DNA of 63,891 bases, filler included, from Sandaracinaceae bacterium (GTDB lineage: Bacteria; Myxococcota_A; Polyangia; Polyangiales; JADJQN01): the NCBI GenBank assembly GCA_947483975.1. It is 4 parts of 4 records of this genome, joined end to end, with 100 filler letters (N's around TTAATTAATTAA, not from the genome) between each part and the next. Parts side by side here need not be neighbours in the genome. Positions count along the whole stretch, not along the records: positions 18,074 to 36,027 come from CANKOL010000068.1; 3 more parts are not named here. One strand, 5' to 3'. The notes under the pieces were generated by a model. That model saw only the letters and a list, made by a program, of their open reading frames with translations. It searched no databases and was not told the DNA's origin. Below, one piece after another: positions 18,623 through 29,149 of the stretch (the stretch's first letter is position 1; each line of letters opens with the position of its first letter). A program made the position numbers and the translations under genes.

Positions 18623-21600
18623 TCGAATTCGAGCCGCCAGCGCAGGTCGACGCCGAGGTTGCCGAGCGACGAATTGGTCGTGTTGTTCAGGTTGTCGTAG
18701 CCCGCCTCGACGCTCGACTGGTCGTCGAGGCGCCACTCGACGCTCGTGCGGAATTCGCGCGCCTCGCCCAGCCCCGTCGTCGCCGAGAGGCGCACGCGCT
18801 CCGTGATGCGCTTGCCGATCGAGATCTGCGGCTCGGAGCGGTTCGTCCGCAGCGAGTAGCTGCTCGAGAAGCGGAAGTCGTCGATCACGGGCACGGCGTT
18901 GCGCACCTCGCGGTCGACGCCCGTCACCGTCGCGAGCGCCTCGAGCGCCGCCGTCTGCCCGAGCGAGCCCGCCTGAAGCTGCTGCGCCTCGGCGCGCGTC
19001 ATGCCGATCGTCAGCAAGAGCGCGATGTCCTCCTGCGAGAGCTCGGGATCGCTCTGCGTCTCGAGCCGCAGCGAGTCGCCAGTGCCGTACGCGTGCAGGA
19101 GAATGCGCCACTGCGGCACGCTGAAGTCGCCGCTGCGCCGGATGATCGTCGCCGCGCGAAGATCGAACTCCGGGTCGATGCGCGCCTCGTCGCTGAACTT
19201 GATGAAGCTCCCGCGCTGCACGTCGAACGTCGCCGACCGGAAGCGCGCGACGCCGCGATCGATCGCGAGCCGCCCGAGGATCCCGAAGCGCTGATCGGTG
19301 CCGACGACGCGAAACGGGTGCTCGGAGTCGTCGATCGAGAGCTCCGCGTCGAGCAGGTTGTTCTGCACGACGATCGGCGCATCGGAGACCACGCGCAGAT
19401 CGAACGCGACGTGATCGTTGTCGGGATCGTACTGCTCGACCTCGGTGCGCGAGCGGTGCGAGAACTCCGTCAGCGTCTGGAAAAAGTGCACCGGGCGCGT
19501 GTAGAGCAGGCGCGAGACGCGGAGCGTGCCGGTGACCTCGGGCAGGCGCGCGCCCTCTTGCCAGCTCACGCGCGCCTCACCGCCGAAGCCGAGCTCGAGC
19601 CCTTCGATCGGCGTCAGCGAGAGGTCTCGCGTCGTGACGTCGACGTCGAGCGACGCGAGCCCGCGATGCTCGATCGTCGCCGTGCCGTGCGCGTCCACGC
19701 GACCGCCGGCGACCCGCGCGTGGAAATTCTCGAGGTTCACGATGCGCTGGCTGAACGTCACGCGCCCGGAAAGATCCTCGATCGGCTCGGGAAACGCGAG
19801 CGAGCGCAGCGAGGCTCCGCCGACCGTCGCGACGCCGTAGACCTCCGGGTTCGCCGCGGGACCCGAGAGCCGCACCTGCACGTCCACGGCGCCGCGCGCC
19901 TCGACGATCGATGGCGACACGCTCGCGAGCAGCCCGAGATCGATGCGCCCGTCGATCGTCGTCGAGAGGCGCCGCATCGAGCCGCCGCCGCGCACCTCGA
20001 GGCTCGACGAGGGGCCCACGAAGCGCGCCTGCGCGAAGTCGAAGGTGCCGCGATCGAGCCGCACATCGACGTCGCCGTCGTTGCGGATCTCGACGCCCTG
20101 CGTGCCGACGCGCAGCGCGCTGACGAGCACACGCCCGACGAGCGAGTCATCGGTCAGCATCGCCCCGCCGCGCAGATCGACGTGCCCGCTGACGTCGCCC
20201 GCGAGCGTGCCGCTCGGCAGAAACGGCGTGAGATCGAGCGCGTTCACCGTGATGCGCCCGCGCATCGGGAAGACCGCCGTGCGCCCGAACGCCATGTCGA
20301 CGGCGACGCGCCCGCCGAGCCCCTCGCCGCACACGAGGAACGCCATCGGCTGCTCGAGCGCGGGCAGCGGGCCGTCGTGCGTCTGCATCGGCGGATCGGC
20401 GGGCCAGTCCAGGTGCGCGAGCCCCATCCGCGCCTGCGCGCACGGCTCGCCTGCGGGCGGCGCGTCGCGGTCCCAGCTCGCCGCGGCGCGCACCCACGGA
20501 TCCCCCGGCTCCGAGAGCCGCACGTACGCGCGCGCGTCGCCGAGCGGCACGCCCTTCCACGCGAGCCCCGTCAGCTGCAGATCGATGTGCTGCCGCTGGT
20601 TCGAGAGCACACCGCCGACGCGCACGATCGCCCCGACGACGCCCTCGAGCTCCGGCATCCGCTCGCCGATCCCCTCGAGCTCGCGGATCGAGAGCCGGTC
20701 CGCGACCCCCGTGAAGTCGAGCCGCCCGCCGAGCGTCATGCGCCCCTGCGCCGTCACCGAGCCCTCGCCCTTGTGCAGCTCCGCGTAGTCCACGTCGAGC
20801 TCGGCGCCGATCATGCCGCGCTGCCAGTCGAGCCAGCGGAACTGCGCCTGCAGCACGCCGTCCGTGAACGCGCGCCCGTCGAGCGTCGCCGTCGGCAGCC
20901 GCGCGTCGATGTCCGTGACCAGCGTGCCCATCGGCAGATCGCCGGGGAAGCCCATCGTGAAGCGCACATCCGTCGTGCCCGTCATCAGCCCTTGGTACGG
21001 CGCGAAGCGCTCGTCGCCGTCGAACTCGAGCATCGCGTAGAAGTCCGCGAGCGCGAGCGCGTCCATGTGCACGCGCGTCGTCACGAGCAGGCGATCGTCC
21101 GAGAAATCGAGCACGAAGTCCTCGGCGCGGTAGCGCGAGCCGTTCTTCGTCGCGGTGACCATCGGGAAGCGGACCGCCATCGAGTCCTTCTCGAGGCGCC
21201 ACTCCGAGCTCACGTCGCCGACGGGCTTGCCGTCGAACGAGAAGCCGCGCAGCGCGAGGTTGCCGCCGATCGCCTCCTCGCTGTAGGTGCCGACGATGTC
21301 CATCGTCGCCGTGCCGACGCCCGTCATCGGGAACGTCAGCAGCGGCGTGATGTCGGCGGCGTCGAGCCGATCGCTGCGCACGTGCACGGCCATCTCGTCG
21401 CCGAAGCCGAGCAGCAGGCTGCCGGCGACGTGCGAGTGCGGCGTGCGCGCGTCGAGGTCGTAGAAGCGCAGCCCGTCCGGGTGGATCGACACGCGCCCGT
21501 CGATGTCGCCGCGCGCGAGGCTGAGCACGCGCCGATGCGGCGTGACGTGATAGGCGTCCTTGGTCACGAGCAGGTCGCGCGTCTGCGTGTGGATCGGCCC

Positions 21601-22788
21601 GTCGATCGAGAGCGGCAGCAGCGTGCCGAGCACGTGGATCTGCGCGTCGAGCGTCCACGCGATGATCGCGTTCTCCGTCACGCCGAGCTGCTCGATCAGC
21701 TTGGCGAACTGCAGGTCGTCGATGCCGATCTGCACGTCCACGGGCAGCTCCCCGCGCAGCCCGATGCGCCCCGAGAGCGCGAGCGCGCCGCCGTCCTTGA
21801 TCACGTGCACCGTGCTCGTCGGCTGGATCAACACGCGCTCGGGGTTGACGTCGAGGTCGAGCGCCGCGCGCCCGGTGCCGAAGGTCTTGATCGTCATCTC
21901 GTCGAGCACGACGCGCCCCGTGCCGCGCACGCCCGCGGCCGCGCTCCAGCTCACGTCGCCGTGCACCTCCGCGAAGCCCGCGAGGTGCGGCAGCGTCAGC
22001 CCGTGCGGCAGCCCCGCGAGGTGCCCGATGTCCGCGCGCACGTCGACGCGCCCCGAGACGCTGCTGCCGAGCGGCATCGGCAGCCGCACATGCCGCGCGT
22101 TCAAGTCGAGCTCCGGCGTGCGCAGCGTCAGCGAGTGCACCTGGATGTACGCGGGCGTGACGCGCGCGCGCAGGTCGAGCTCGTCGAGGCGCTCCTGCCC
22201 CGCGGCGTGTCGGATCGTCCCGCGCGTCGAGCGCACGCGCAGCTCGATCAGCTCGCCGTTCGTCACCGCCATGTCGACGTCCACGCCCGAGAGCGTGCCC
22301 AGCGCGAGCGGCTCCGCGTCGACGGTCAGCGTCGCGTCGTCGACCGCGAGGTCCGAGAACGGCAGCTTGCCGCTCCCGCCGCTCGGCGTCCGCGCGTGCG
22401 GCAGGTTGCGCACCTCGCCGCCGCGCACGACCAGCCGGATCGACGGGTGCGCGACCTCGATCGACTCGAGGTCGACCTTGCCCTGCAGCACCGCGAGCAG
22501 CGACGGTCGGACGCGCAGCACATCCGCCGTCGCGAAGCGCCCATACACGGGATCATCGAGCACGATGCCGCTCGCCACCGCCGTCGGCGGAAACACCTCG
22601 AGGTCGAGGTCGGCGATCGACGCCCGCAGCCCGAGCTCATCGTGGAGCGCCGTGACGAGCAGCCGCCGAATCCGCGCGCGCGCCCAGTCGGTCTTCGCCA
22701 CGAGCAGGGCGCAGAGGGGCACAGCGGCGATCGCGACCAGCGCGATGCCGATCCGTCTCGGCCAGTTCCTCTGTAATTTCTTCGCCAA
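18619..22788 (-). CDS. tamB: Translocation/assembly module TamB (AsmA-like N-terminus, DUF490 C-terminus)
   Basis: 1389 aa, N-terminal TM anchor, repetitive beta-strand sequence, C-terminal DP.FDL..SDPELSQEDIALLL..GKRITER..GVDLRWRLEF; upstream of an Omp85 gene. Confidence 0.88.
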   Translation of the reverse strand: MAKKLQRNWPRRIGIALVAIAAVPLCALLVAKTDWARARIRRLLVTALHDELGLRASIADLDLEVFPPTAVASGIVLDDPVYGRFATADVLRVRPSLLAVLQGKVDLESIEVAHPSIRLVVRGGEVRNLPHARTPSGGSGKLPFSDLAVDDATLTVDAEPLALGTLSGVDVDMAVTNGELIELRVRSTRGTIRHAAGQERLDELDLRARVTPAYIQVHSLTLRTPELDLNARHVRLPMPLGSSVSGRVDVRADIGHLAGLPHGLTLPHLAGFAEVHGDVSWSAAAGVRGTGRVVLDEMTIKTFGTGRAALDLDVNPERVLIQPTSTVHVIKDGGALALSGRIGLRGELPVDVQIGIDDLQFAKLIEQLGVTENAIIAWTLDAQIHVLGTLLPLSIDGPIHTQTRDLLVTKDAYHVTPHRRVLSLARGDIDGRVSIHPDGLRFYDLDARTPHSHVAGSLLLGFGDEMAVHVRSDRLDAADITPLLTFPMTGVGTATMDIVGTYSEEAIGGNLALRGFSFDGKPVGDVSSEWRLEKDSMAVRFPMVTATKNGSRYRAEDFVLDFSDDRLLVTTRVHMDALALADFYAMLEFDGDERFAPYQGLMTGTTDVRFTMGFPGDLPMGTLVTDIDARLPTATLDGRAFTDGVLQAQFRWLDWQRGMIGAELDVDYAELHKGEGSVTAQGRMTLGGRLDFTGVADRLSIRELEGIGERMPELEGVVGAIVRVGGVLSNQRQHIDLQLTGLAWKGVPLGDARAYVRLSEPGDPWVRAAASWDRDAPPAGEPCAQARMGLAHLDWPADPPMQTHDGPLPALEQPMAFLVCGEGLGGRVAVDMAFGRTAVFPMRGRITVNALDLTPFLPSGTLAGDVSGHVDLRGGAMLTDDSLVGRVLVSALRVGTQGVEIRNDGDVDVRLDRGTFDFAQARFVGPSSSLEVRGGGSMRRLSTTIDGRIDLGLLASVSPSIVEARGAVDVQVRLSGPAANPEVYGVATVGGASLRSLAFPEPIEDLSGRVTFSQRIVNLENFHARVAGGRVDAHGTATIEHRGLASLDVDVTTRDLSLTPIEGLELGFGGEARVSWQEGARLPEVTGTLRVSRLLYTRPVHFFQTLTEFSHRSRTEVEQYDPDNDHVAFDLRVVSDAPIVVQNNLLDAELSIDDSEHPFRVVGTDQRFGILGRLAIDRGVARFRSATFDVQRGSFIKFSDEARIDPEFDLRAATIIRRSGDFSVPQWRILLHAYGTGDSLRLETQSDPELSQEDIALLLTIGMTRAEAQQLQAGSLGQTAALEALATVTGVDREVRNAVPVIDDFRFSSSYSLRTNRSEPQISIGKRITERVRLSATTGLGEAREFRTSVEWRLDDQSSVEAGYDNLNNTTNSSLGNLGVDLRWRLEFE

Positions 22789-22887
22789 AACCGATACTTA
22801 CGGTTCGCTCCGCCAGGCTAGCACGGACCCTTCGGTGGTCGGGCCGTTCGGCAGAGCGCGGGCGCACACTCCCGCCGGGCGCGGGGC

Positions 22888-23694
22888 TCAGGCCCCGTTG
22901 TGCTGCTGCTGGTGCCGGACGAGCGAGCGCAGCTCGGCGTTGCGCAGGATGCCCGCCTCGACGAAGTAGCCCCCGAGCGGGCGCTGCAGGCGCTGCTGCA
23001 AGGACACGACCCGACGGAGCTGCCGGTCGTCGAGGAGGCCCTCCTGGACGGCGCGCGCGCCGAGCGTCGAGCGCTTGCCCCGCGCGACGAGGAGCTCGTC
23101 GACCTGCTCCGCCGAGAGCATCCCGAGCCGCACGAGGAGCTCGCCGAGCCTCGGCCTCAGCGCCCGCTGCCACAGGACCGCCTCGACCAGCTCGCGCCAC
23201 GAGACCTTGCCGCTGTAGTAGAGGAACTGCCCGAGCAGCAGCCGGCGCGTCGGCACCGCGCCGACGTGCAGCCGACGCGGGCCCTCGGGCGTCCCGCTCG
23301 ACGCTTCACCGAGAGCCACGTCCTCGAGCTCCGCGGTCGCCCCGAGCGGCATCGACGTGAACGGCGTCGGCGTGAACGGCCTCGGCTCGTCGGCGAGCGG
23401 CGGCGCGCTGACGAAGACCATCGGCGCAGCGGGCGCCGTAGCGGCGAGATGGGCGAGGAGCAGGCCGCGCGCCTCGGTCACTCGCCGCAGGCGATCAGTC
23501 GCGAGCGTCGGCGACAGCCCGAGCGCCGCCGCGCGGTCCGGGTGCACCTCGAACGCGCGCTTGCGGTAGCTCGCTTGGACGGCGTCGGCGGTCAGCTCGC
23601 TGAGCGCCTTCTCCGACGCGCGCTCCGGGTCGAAGAGCGCCCGAAAGGCCTTGTAGAGCTCGATTCGACTCCGCGGCTCAGTGGTCGCTTGCAT
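22888..23694 (-). CDS. J-domain protein with C-terminal MshEN-like repeats
   Basis: YRKRAFEVHPDR (HPD motif); four copies of an LGxxLxxxGxxxxxxL pattern, e.g. RLGELLVRLGMLSAEQVDELL. Confidence 0.82.
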   Translation of the reverse strand: MQATTEPRSRIELYKAFRALFDPERASEKALSELTADAVQASYRKRAFEVHPDRAAALGLSPTLATDRLRRVTEARGLLLAHLAATAPAAPMVFVSAPPLADEPRPFTPTPFTSMPLGATAELEDVALGEASSGTPEGPRRLHVGAVPTRRLLLGQFLYYSGKVSWRELVEAVLWQRALRPRLGELLVRLGMLSAEQVDELLVARGKRSTLGARAVQEGLLDDRQLRRVVSLQQRLQRPLGGYFVEAGILRNAELRSLVRHQQQHNGA

Positions 23695-23803
23695 ACGAGC
23701 GCGACCATAAAGAGCCTCCGCGGCGCGCGTCCAATTCGTGGCGCGCCGGCTGAAGCGAGGCGCGTCAGCGTCCCATTCCAGGATTTACGTTCTACAGTTG
23801 AGA

Positions 23804-23819
23804 TACAAATTTTCTGCCA
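23804..23819 (-). promoter_or_regulatory. Possible sigma-54 (-24/-12)-like promoter for the J-domain gene
   Basis: Minus strand TGGCAGAAAATTTGTA = GG-N10-GT (consensus GG-N10-GC) in an AT-rich patch about 110 bp upstream of the ATG. Confidence 0.3.
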
Positions 23820-24105
23820 CGGTGCGATTTTGGGTGGACCGGGAGAGGCTCGGATGATAGTCGGGCGAGTACGGCGGTCAGGGTTTGAGTGGCTAGGGCA
23901 CGCGGTCGTCAGCCGTCGATCTTGGAGCAGTCGAGCACCCGCGCAGCCGCGGTGTGTGTCGTCGTTGGCTCGAGAAATTCCTTGGTCTGCCTGCTGAAAC
24001 GCGCTTTTCGGCGGGCACGTTCACGTTCGTTTTCGCGCGGCGTTTCCGGCCCCTCGGGCGGACCAACCCGCGCTCTGTATCGGGACTGAAAGGATCACTA
24101 CGACC

Positions 24106-26094
24106 ATGGCCACGAACGCCCCCTCCTCGACCAAGCGCCGCACCGGCGACCGAGCCCTCGCCGCCCCGCGAGGCGCCCAGGCGGCCACCTCCGCCGGTAC
24201 TTCCAGCGGGCTCGCCACCTCCGATGCGCTGAACCAGGACCGCCTCGCGGCGCGTCGGCAGGCCGAGGAGAAGACGCGCGCCCGCACGCTCGCTCGCGCC
24301 CAGGCGGTCGCGGAGAAGCTCTCGTCGGCCACGGCGGAGGTCTCGTCGGCGATCACCGAGGCGTCCGGCGCGATCCACCAGCTCGAGAAGACGATGCAGC
24401 AGATCGCGTCTGGCTCGGCGCAGGCGTCGGCGGGCGCCGAGGAGTCGCGCACCGCGATCAACGAGATCGACAAGGCCGCGACGCAGGCCGCGCGAAACGC
24501 CGACCAGTCGATGCGGCAGGTCAACGTCCTTCAGCAGCTCGTCAAGGACACGACCGGCGACATCGGGCGGCTGATCCTCGGCGTCTCGAACGCCGCGAAG
24601 TCGAACATCGAGTCGGCCAAGATGATCGGCGAGCTCGAGAAGCTCTCCGACGAGATCGGCAAGATCGTGCACGCGGTCGCGCGCATCGCCGACCAGACGA
24701 ACCTCCTCGCGCTCAACGCCGCGATCGAGGCGGCGCGCGCGGGCGAGCACGGTCGCGGCTTCGCGGTCGTCGCCGACGAGGTGCGCAACCTCGCGGAGCT
24801 GAGCGAGAAGAGCGCGCGCGGCATCCAGGAGGTCGTCAACGAGATCCAGGGGCAGGTGAAGGTCGTCGCGGCGAACACCGAGGCCGCCGGGCGCAAGGCC
24901 GCAGACGAGGTCGAGAAGGCCAAGGTCATCACGCGCGACCTCGAGATGGTCGCCGGCGAGATGAGCTCCATCCAGAAGGCGTGCGAGATCATCTCGACCA
25001 ACGCGCTCCAGGCCACGGCGGGCGCGAAGGACTACCTCGCCGGCGCCGAGCAGATCGCCTCCGCGTCCGAGGAGGCGTCGAGCGCGTGCGAGGAGTCGCT
25101 CCGCGCAGTGCAGGAGCAGTCCAAGGCCTACAACGAGATGTCCGACGCCGCGTCGGCGATGTCGGATCTCGCCGAAGAGCTCAAGACCTCGACCAACGCG
25201 CAGAAGTCCGCGGAGGAGCTCGCGGCCTCGGCCGAGCAGCTCTCCGCGAACGCCGAAGAGGTGAAGGCCTCGGCCGGGCAGATCGCCAGCGCGATCGAGC
25301 AGATCCAGAAGGCCGCCGGCATCCAGGGCAAGGCGGCCGAGAAGGCCAAGGACCTCGGCGGCCAGCTGATGTCCGCGTCGCGGATGATGGGCGACCGCGC
25401 GAACGACAGCGTCGAGAAGGCCGGGAAGATCAAGCAGACGCTCGAGGTCAACAAGGTCAACGTCGACGGGCTGATCGCCAACGTCGCGGCGGCGGCCGAA
25501 GCCGCGCTCGACTCGGCGCGCAACGTGAAGGAGCTCGAGGAGCGCACGCGCCGCATCGACAAGATCGTCGACGCCATCGTGATGGTGACGGTCCAGACCA
25601 ACATGCTCGCGGTCAACGGCAACGTCGAGGCTGCGCGCGCGGGTGAGTACGGGCGCGGCTTCTCGGTCGTCGCGGGCGACATCCGCTCGCTCTCGAACGA
25701 GAGCAGCGAGAACGCCGACCGCATCAAGGACCTCGTGCGGCAGGTGCAGTCGCAGATCGCGCGCGTCGCGGCTGACATCGAGGCGGCGGGCAAGGCCGCG
25801 GCGGCGGAGACCGAGCGCGCGAAGGTCACCACCCTCGCGCTCGACCGCATGGCGACGGACGTCGACTCTGCGGCGAAGGCGATCCAGGAGGTCTCGATCG
25901 GCGCGGTCGAGGCGGCCAAGGCGCTCGAGCAGGCGGGCAAGGCCACTGACCAGATCTCGGCGGCCGCGACCCAGATGATGAACTCGACCGCAGAGGCGGC
26001 TGGCGCGGGCGAGGAGGCCTCGAAGGCGGCGCAGGAGATCGCGCAGGCCGTCGAGGAGATCGCCTCGCAGTCCGACGACCTGCAGCACGGCTGA
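24106..26094 (+). CDS. Soluble methyl-accepting chemotaxis protein with two signalling domains
   Basis: Two hairpin tips, [31 protein letters not shown] and [31 protein letters not shown]; many EE/EQ methylation pairs; no TM or sensor domain. Confidence 0.93.
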   Translation: MATNAPSSTKRRTGDRALAAPRGAQAATSAGTSSGLATSDALNQDRLAARRQAEEKTRARTLARAQAVAEKLSSATAEVSSAITEASGAIHQLEKTMQQIASGSAQASAGAEESRTAINEIDKAATQAARNADQSMRQVNVLQQLVKDTTGDIGRLILGVSNAAKSNIESAKMIGELEKLSDEIGKIVHAVARIADQTNLLALNAAIEAARAGEHGRGFAVVADEVRNLAELSEKSARGIQEVVNEIQGQVKVVAANTEAAGRKAADEVEKAKVITRDLEMVAGEMSSIQKACEIISTNALQATAGAKDYLAGAEQIASASEEASSACEESLRAVQEQSKAYNEMSDAASAMSDLAEELKTSTNAQKSAEELAASAEQLSANAEEVKASAGQIASAIEQIQKAAGIQGKAAEKAKDLGGQLMSASRMMGDRANDSVEKAGKIKQTLEVNKVNVDGLIANVAAAAEAALDSARNVKELEERTRRIDKIVDAIVMVTVQTNMLAVNGNVEAARAGEYGRGFSVVAGDIRSLSNESSENADRIKDLVRQVQSQIARVAADIEAAGKAAAAETERAKVTTLALDRMATDVDSAAKAIQEVSIGAVEAAKALEQAGKATDQISAAATQMMNSTAEAAGAGEEASKAAQEIAQAVEEIASQSDDLQHG

Positions 26095-26139
26095 GCCGGA
26101 CCTCGGTGAACCTCATGAAAGCCACCCGAGGAGGCGCCC

Positions 26140-28002
26140 ATGGCCGCACAGAGTAGTCCGCCCGCCGCAGCGCAGGGGCACGCGCAAGAGAACCAGCTCG
26201 TCACGTTCTACCTCGGCAACGAGGAGTTCGGCTTCGACATCATGTCGGTGCAGGAGATCATCCGGCAGCCGGTGTTGTCGCGCATTCCGATGGCCCCCGA
26301 GTACGTCGAGGGCATCGCGAACCTGCGCGGCACCGTGCTGCCGGTGATCGACACCCGCTCTCGCTTCGGCATGAAGCGCGAGGAGGACACCGACCGCACG
26401 CGCGTGCTCGTCGTCGACGTCGACGGCGTCAAGACCGGGCTGCGCGTGGACAGCGTCCGGCAGGTGACGCGCATCCAGTCGAGCGACGTCGAGCCGCCGC
26501 CGGCCGTGATCAAGAACGGCCTGAACTCGGGCTACCTCGAGGGCGTCGTCAAGCTCGAGGGCGGCAAGCGCATCATCATGTCCCTCGCGCCGGGCGCCAT
26601 CACCAAGGTGGACCTCGGCGGCGCGGTCCTCGAGACCCTGAGGTCCGAGCACGCAGAGCTCCGCGCGGGCGGCTTGGGGCGGCAGGAGCTCGGCGCGGCG
26701 GCTCAGGCGATCACGCAGGTGGTCTCGTTCAAGCTCGGCGAGGAGGAGTTCGCGTTCCCGATGGAGCGGGTGCGCGAGATCCTCCGCGTGCAGCGGCCGA
26801 GCGAGGTGCCCGACACCCCCGAGCACTTCCTCGGGATCCTCACCGTGCGCGGCGTGATCTTGCCGGTGATCGACCTGCGGATCTTGCTCGGCTTGCCGGC
26901 GCAGTCTGCCGACGTCCGGGCCGCCGTCGGCGCGGCGCGTGAGAGCTACGAGCGCTGGCTCGCCGCGCTCGCCGCCTACGCGCAGGACCGCAGCGCGCCG
27001 AACCCCGGGCTCGTCGGCGCGGAGGCGCTGCGCACCTGGGTCGCGGACTTCACCACGTCGAGCCAGGCGCTGATGGAGACCCTGAGCGCCGTGCGCATCG
27101 CGAACGACAAGGTCCTGCGCGGCTATCAGCAGCTCCGCGCAGCGGACGCGCGGGCGGCCCGCGAGCTCTTCGACGCGGAGCTCGCCCCGTTCGCGCACGA
27201 GGCGCTCCGGCAGCTCGCGGTGTTCGACTCGCAGGTCATCGAGAACATCCGCGAGGACCAGCGGCTCGTCGTCGTGCAGGCGGAGGGCGCGCAGCTCGCG
27301 CTCCTCGTCGACAAGGTTCGCGAGGTGCTCAACGTCCCGACGGACCTCATCGACCCTCCGCCTCGCCTCGGCAAGGCGGCGGACCGCGGCGAGATCCGCG
27401 GGGTCGCGCGGCTCAACGCGGGCAAGCGCCTGATCATGCTGCTCGACGCGGATCACCTCGAAGAGGTGCAGGGGCTCGACCTCTTGCACGCAGCGGGAGG
27501 CATGATGGCCAGCTCCGAGAATGGGCGCGGCGAAGCGGGTCGTTCGACGGCGCGCGGCGCGGCGGTCGGAGAGCGTCAGTTCGTCACCTTCCGCCTCGCG
27601 GACGGCGAGTACGGCATTCCGATCAACGAGATCCAGGAGATCGACCGCTCCTCGAAGATGACGCGCATTCCGAAGTCGGCGGCCTACGTCGACGGCGTCA
27701 CCAACCTGCGCGGCGAGGTCATCCCGGTGATCAACGCGCGCCGGCGCTTCAGCCTCCCCGCGAAGGAGGCCGACGAGCGCACGCGCGTCATCATCATCGA
27801 CGTCAACGGCAGCAAGACTGGGCTCCTCGTCGACTCGGTGCGTGAGGTGCTGAACCTCAGCCAGGCCGACATCGCGCCGCCGCCGGCCTCGATCGCGTCG
27901 GGGATCGAGCAGCGATACATCTCCGGCATCGGCAAGGTCGATGGCGGCAAGCGGATGGTCGTGCTGCTGAACGTCGCGAAGGTCGTCCACGGGGACGCCT
28001 GA
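26140..28002 (+). CDS. cheW: Triple-domain CheW with a helical insertion in domain 2
   Basis: Three CheW repeats (LVTFYL..GIANLRG; VVSFKL..GILTVRG; FVTFRL..GVTNLRG). Confidence 0.92.
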   Translation: MAAQSSPPAAAQGHAQENQLVTFYLGNEEFGFDIMSVQEIIRQPVLSRIPMAPEYVEGIANLRGTVLPVIDTRSRFGMKREEDTDRTRVLVVDVDGVKTGLRVDSVRQVTRIQSSDVEPPPAVIKNGLNSGYLEGVVKLEGGKRIIMSLAPGAITKVDLGGAVLETLRSEHAELRAGGLGRQELGAAAQAITQVVSFKLGEEEFAFPMERVREILRVQRPSEVPDTPEHFLGILTVRGVILPVIDLRILLGLPAQSADVRAAVGAARESYERWLAALAAYAQDRSAPNPGLVGAEALRTWVADFTTSSQALMETLSAVRIANDKVLRGYQQLRAADARAARELFDAELAPFAHEALRQLAVFDSQVIENIREDQRLVVVQAEGAQLALLVDKVREVLNVPTDLIDPPPRLGKAADRGEIRGVARLNAGKRLIMLLDADHLEEVQGLDLLHAAGGMMASSENGRGEAGRSTARGAAVGERQFVTFRLADGEYGIPINEIQEIDRSSKMTRIPKSAAYVDGVTNLRGEVIPVINARRRFSLPAKEADERTRVIIIDVNGSKTGLLVDSVREVLNLSQADIAPPPASIASGIEQRYISGIGKVDGGKRMVVLLNVAKVVHGDA

Positions 28003-28045
28003 GCCGCCGCGCACGAGCTGAACTGCCCTCCCTCCCTGTCGGAGC

Positions 28046-29137
28046 GTGACCGTCGTGGCACCCAAACCCAAGATACGCGTGCTCGCGGCGGACGACTCGG
28101 CGTTGATGCGCCGCACGCTCCGACGGATCATCGAGAGCGACCCTGAGCTCGAGCTGATCGACACGGCGCGGGATGGAGAGGACGTCGTGCTCAAGGCGCG
28201 GCAGCTCCGCCCCGACGTCGTGTCGATGGACATCAACATGCCGAAGCTCGACGGCATCTCGGCGCTGCAGATCCTCGTCGACGAGAAGATCTGCCCCGTC
28301 GTGATGCTCTCGAGCCTCACCCAGAAAGGCGCCGCGACGACCTTCGAGGCGCTCGAGCTCGGCGCCTTCGACTACGTCGCGAAGCCCGACGGCACAGTGT
28401 CGGATCTCGGCACCGTCGGCCGCGAGCTCCGCGCGAAGCTGAAGGCGGCGGCGGCGAGCGGCACGCTCGGGCGCCTCCATCGGCATCGCGGGACCTCCCT
28501 GGCGCGCCGCCGTCGTCGCGAGGAGCCGGATTCTCTCCCGCCAGCGCCAGTCGAGCGCCTATTCCGCTTCGACACCAAGGCGATCGCCCTCGGGATCTCC
28601 ACGGGCGGCCCGTCGACCATCCTCGACGTCATCCCGAAGCTGCCCGCCGACCTCAACGCGGTGGTGTTCGTCGTCCAGCATATGCCGGGCTCCTTCACTG
28701 GCCTCTTCGCCAAGCGCCTCAACGACGAGAGCGCGCTCACCGTCGTCGAGGCGGAGGCGGGCATGGAGGTCAAGCCGGGCCACTGTTACGTCGCGCACGG
28801 CGACCTGCACATGATTCTCCACGGCAGCTTGGAGACTCGGCTCGTGCTGCGGACTCCGAGCACGCCAGAGACGCTCTTTCGGCCATCCGTCGACGTGATG
28901 ATGGAGTCGGTACTCAAGGTGTTCGGCAAGAACACCATCGGAGTGCTGATGACCGGAATCGGCGACGACGGTGCCAATCAGATGGTCAAGATCAAGGAGG
29001 CGGGCGGCCACACGATCGCCGAGAGCGCGGAGAGTGCCGTGGTCTACGGCATGCCGCGCGAGGCGATCGAGCGAGGGGGCGCCGTCGAGGTTCGGCCGAG
29101 CTGGGAGGTCGCGAAGGCGATCCTCCGGAAAGTGTGA
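28046..29137 (+). CDS. cheB: Chemotaxis methylesterase CheB (REC plus esterase)
   Basis: Receiver (ADDS, MDINMP, KP); GISTGGP, VQHMP, RPSVD, MTGIGDDGA, VYGMP. Confidence 0.96.
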   Translation: MTVVAPKPKIRVLAADDSALMRRTLRRIIESDPELELIDTARDGEDVVLKARQLRPDVVSMDINMPKLDGISALQILVDEKICPVVMLSSLTQKGAATTFEALELGAFDYVAKPDGTVSDLGTVGRELRAKLKAAAASGTLGRLHRHRGTSLARRRRREEPDSLPPAPVERLFRFDTKAIALGISTGGPSTILDVIPKLPADLNAVVFVVQHMPGSFTGLFAKRLNDESALTVVEAEAGMEVKPGHCYVAHGDLHMILHGSLETRLVLRTPSTPETLFRPSVDVMMESVLKVFGKNTIGVLMTGIGDDGANQMVKIKEAGGHTIAESAESAVVYGMPREAIERGGAVEVRPSWEVAKAILRKV

Positions 29138-29149
29138 CGCGGACTCCCC

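Noticed and set aside
19093..22776. Very long antisense and alternative-frame ORFs (e.g. 19093-22776+, 12695-14557-, 23893-26088-, 26113-28320-, 45757-47817+)
   Set aside because: Shadow ORFs expected in high-GC DNA; Arg-rich, motif-less and overlapping clearly identified genes.
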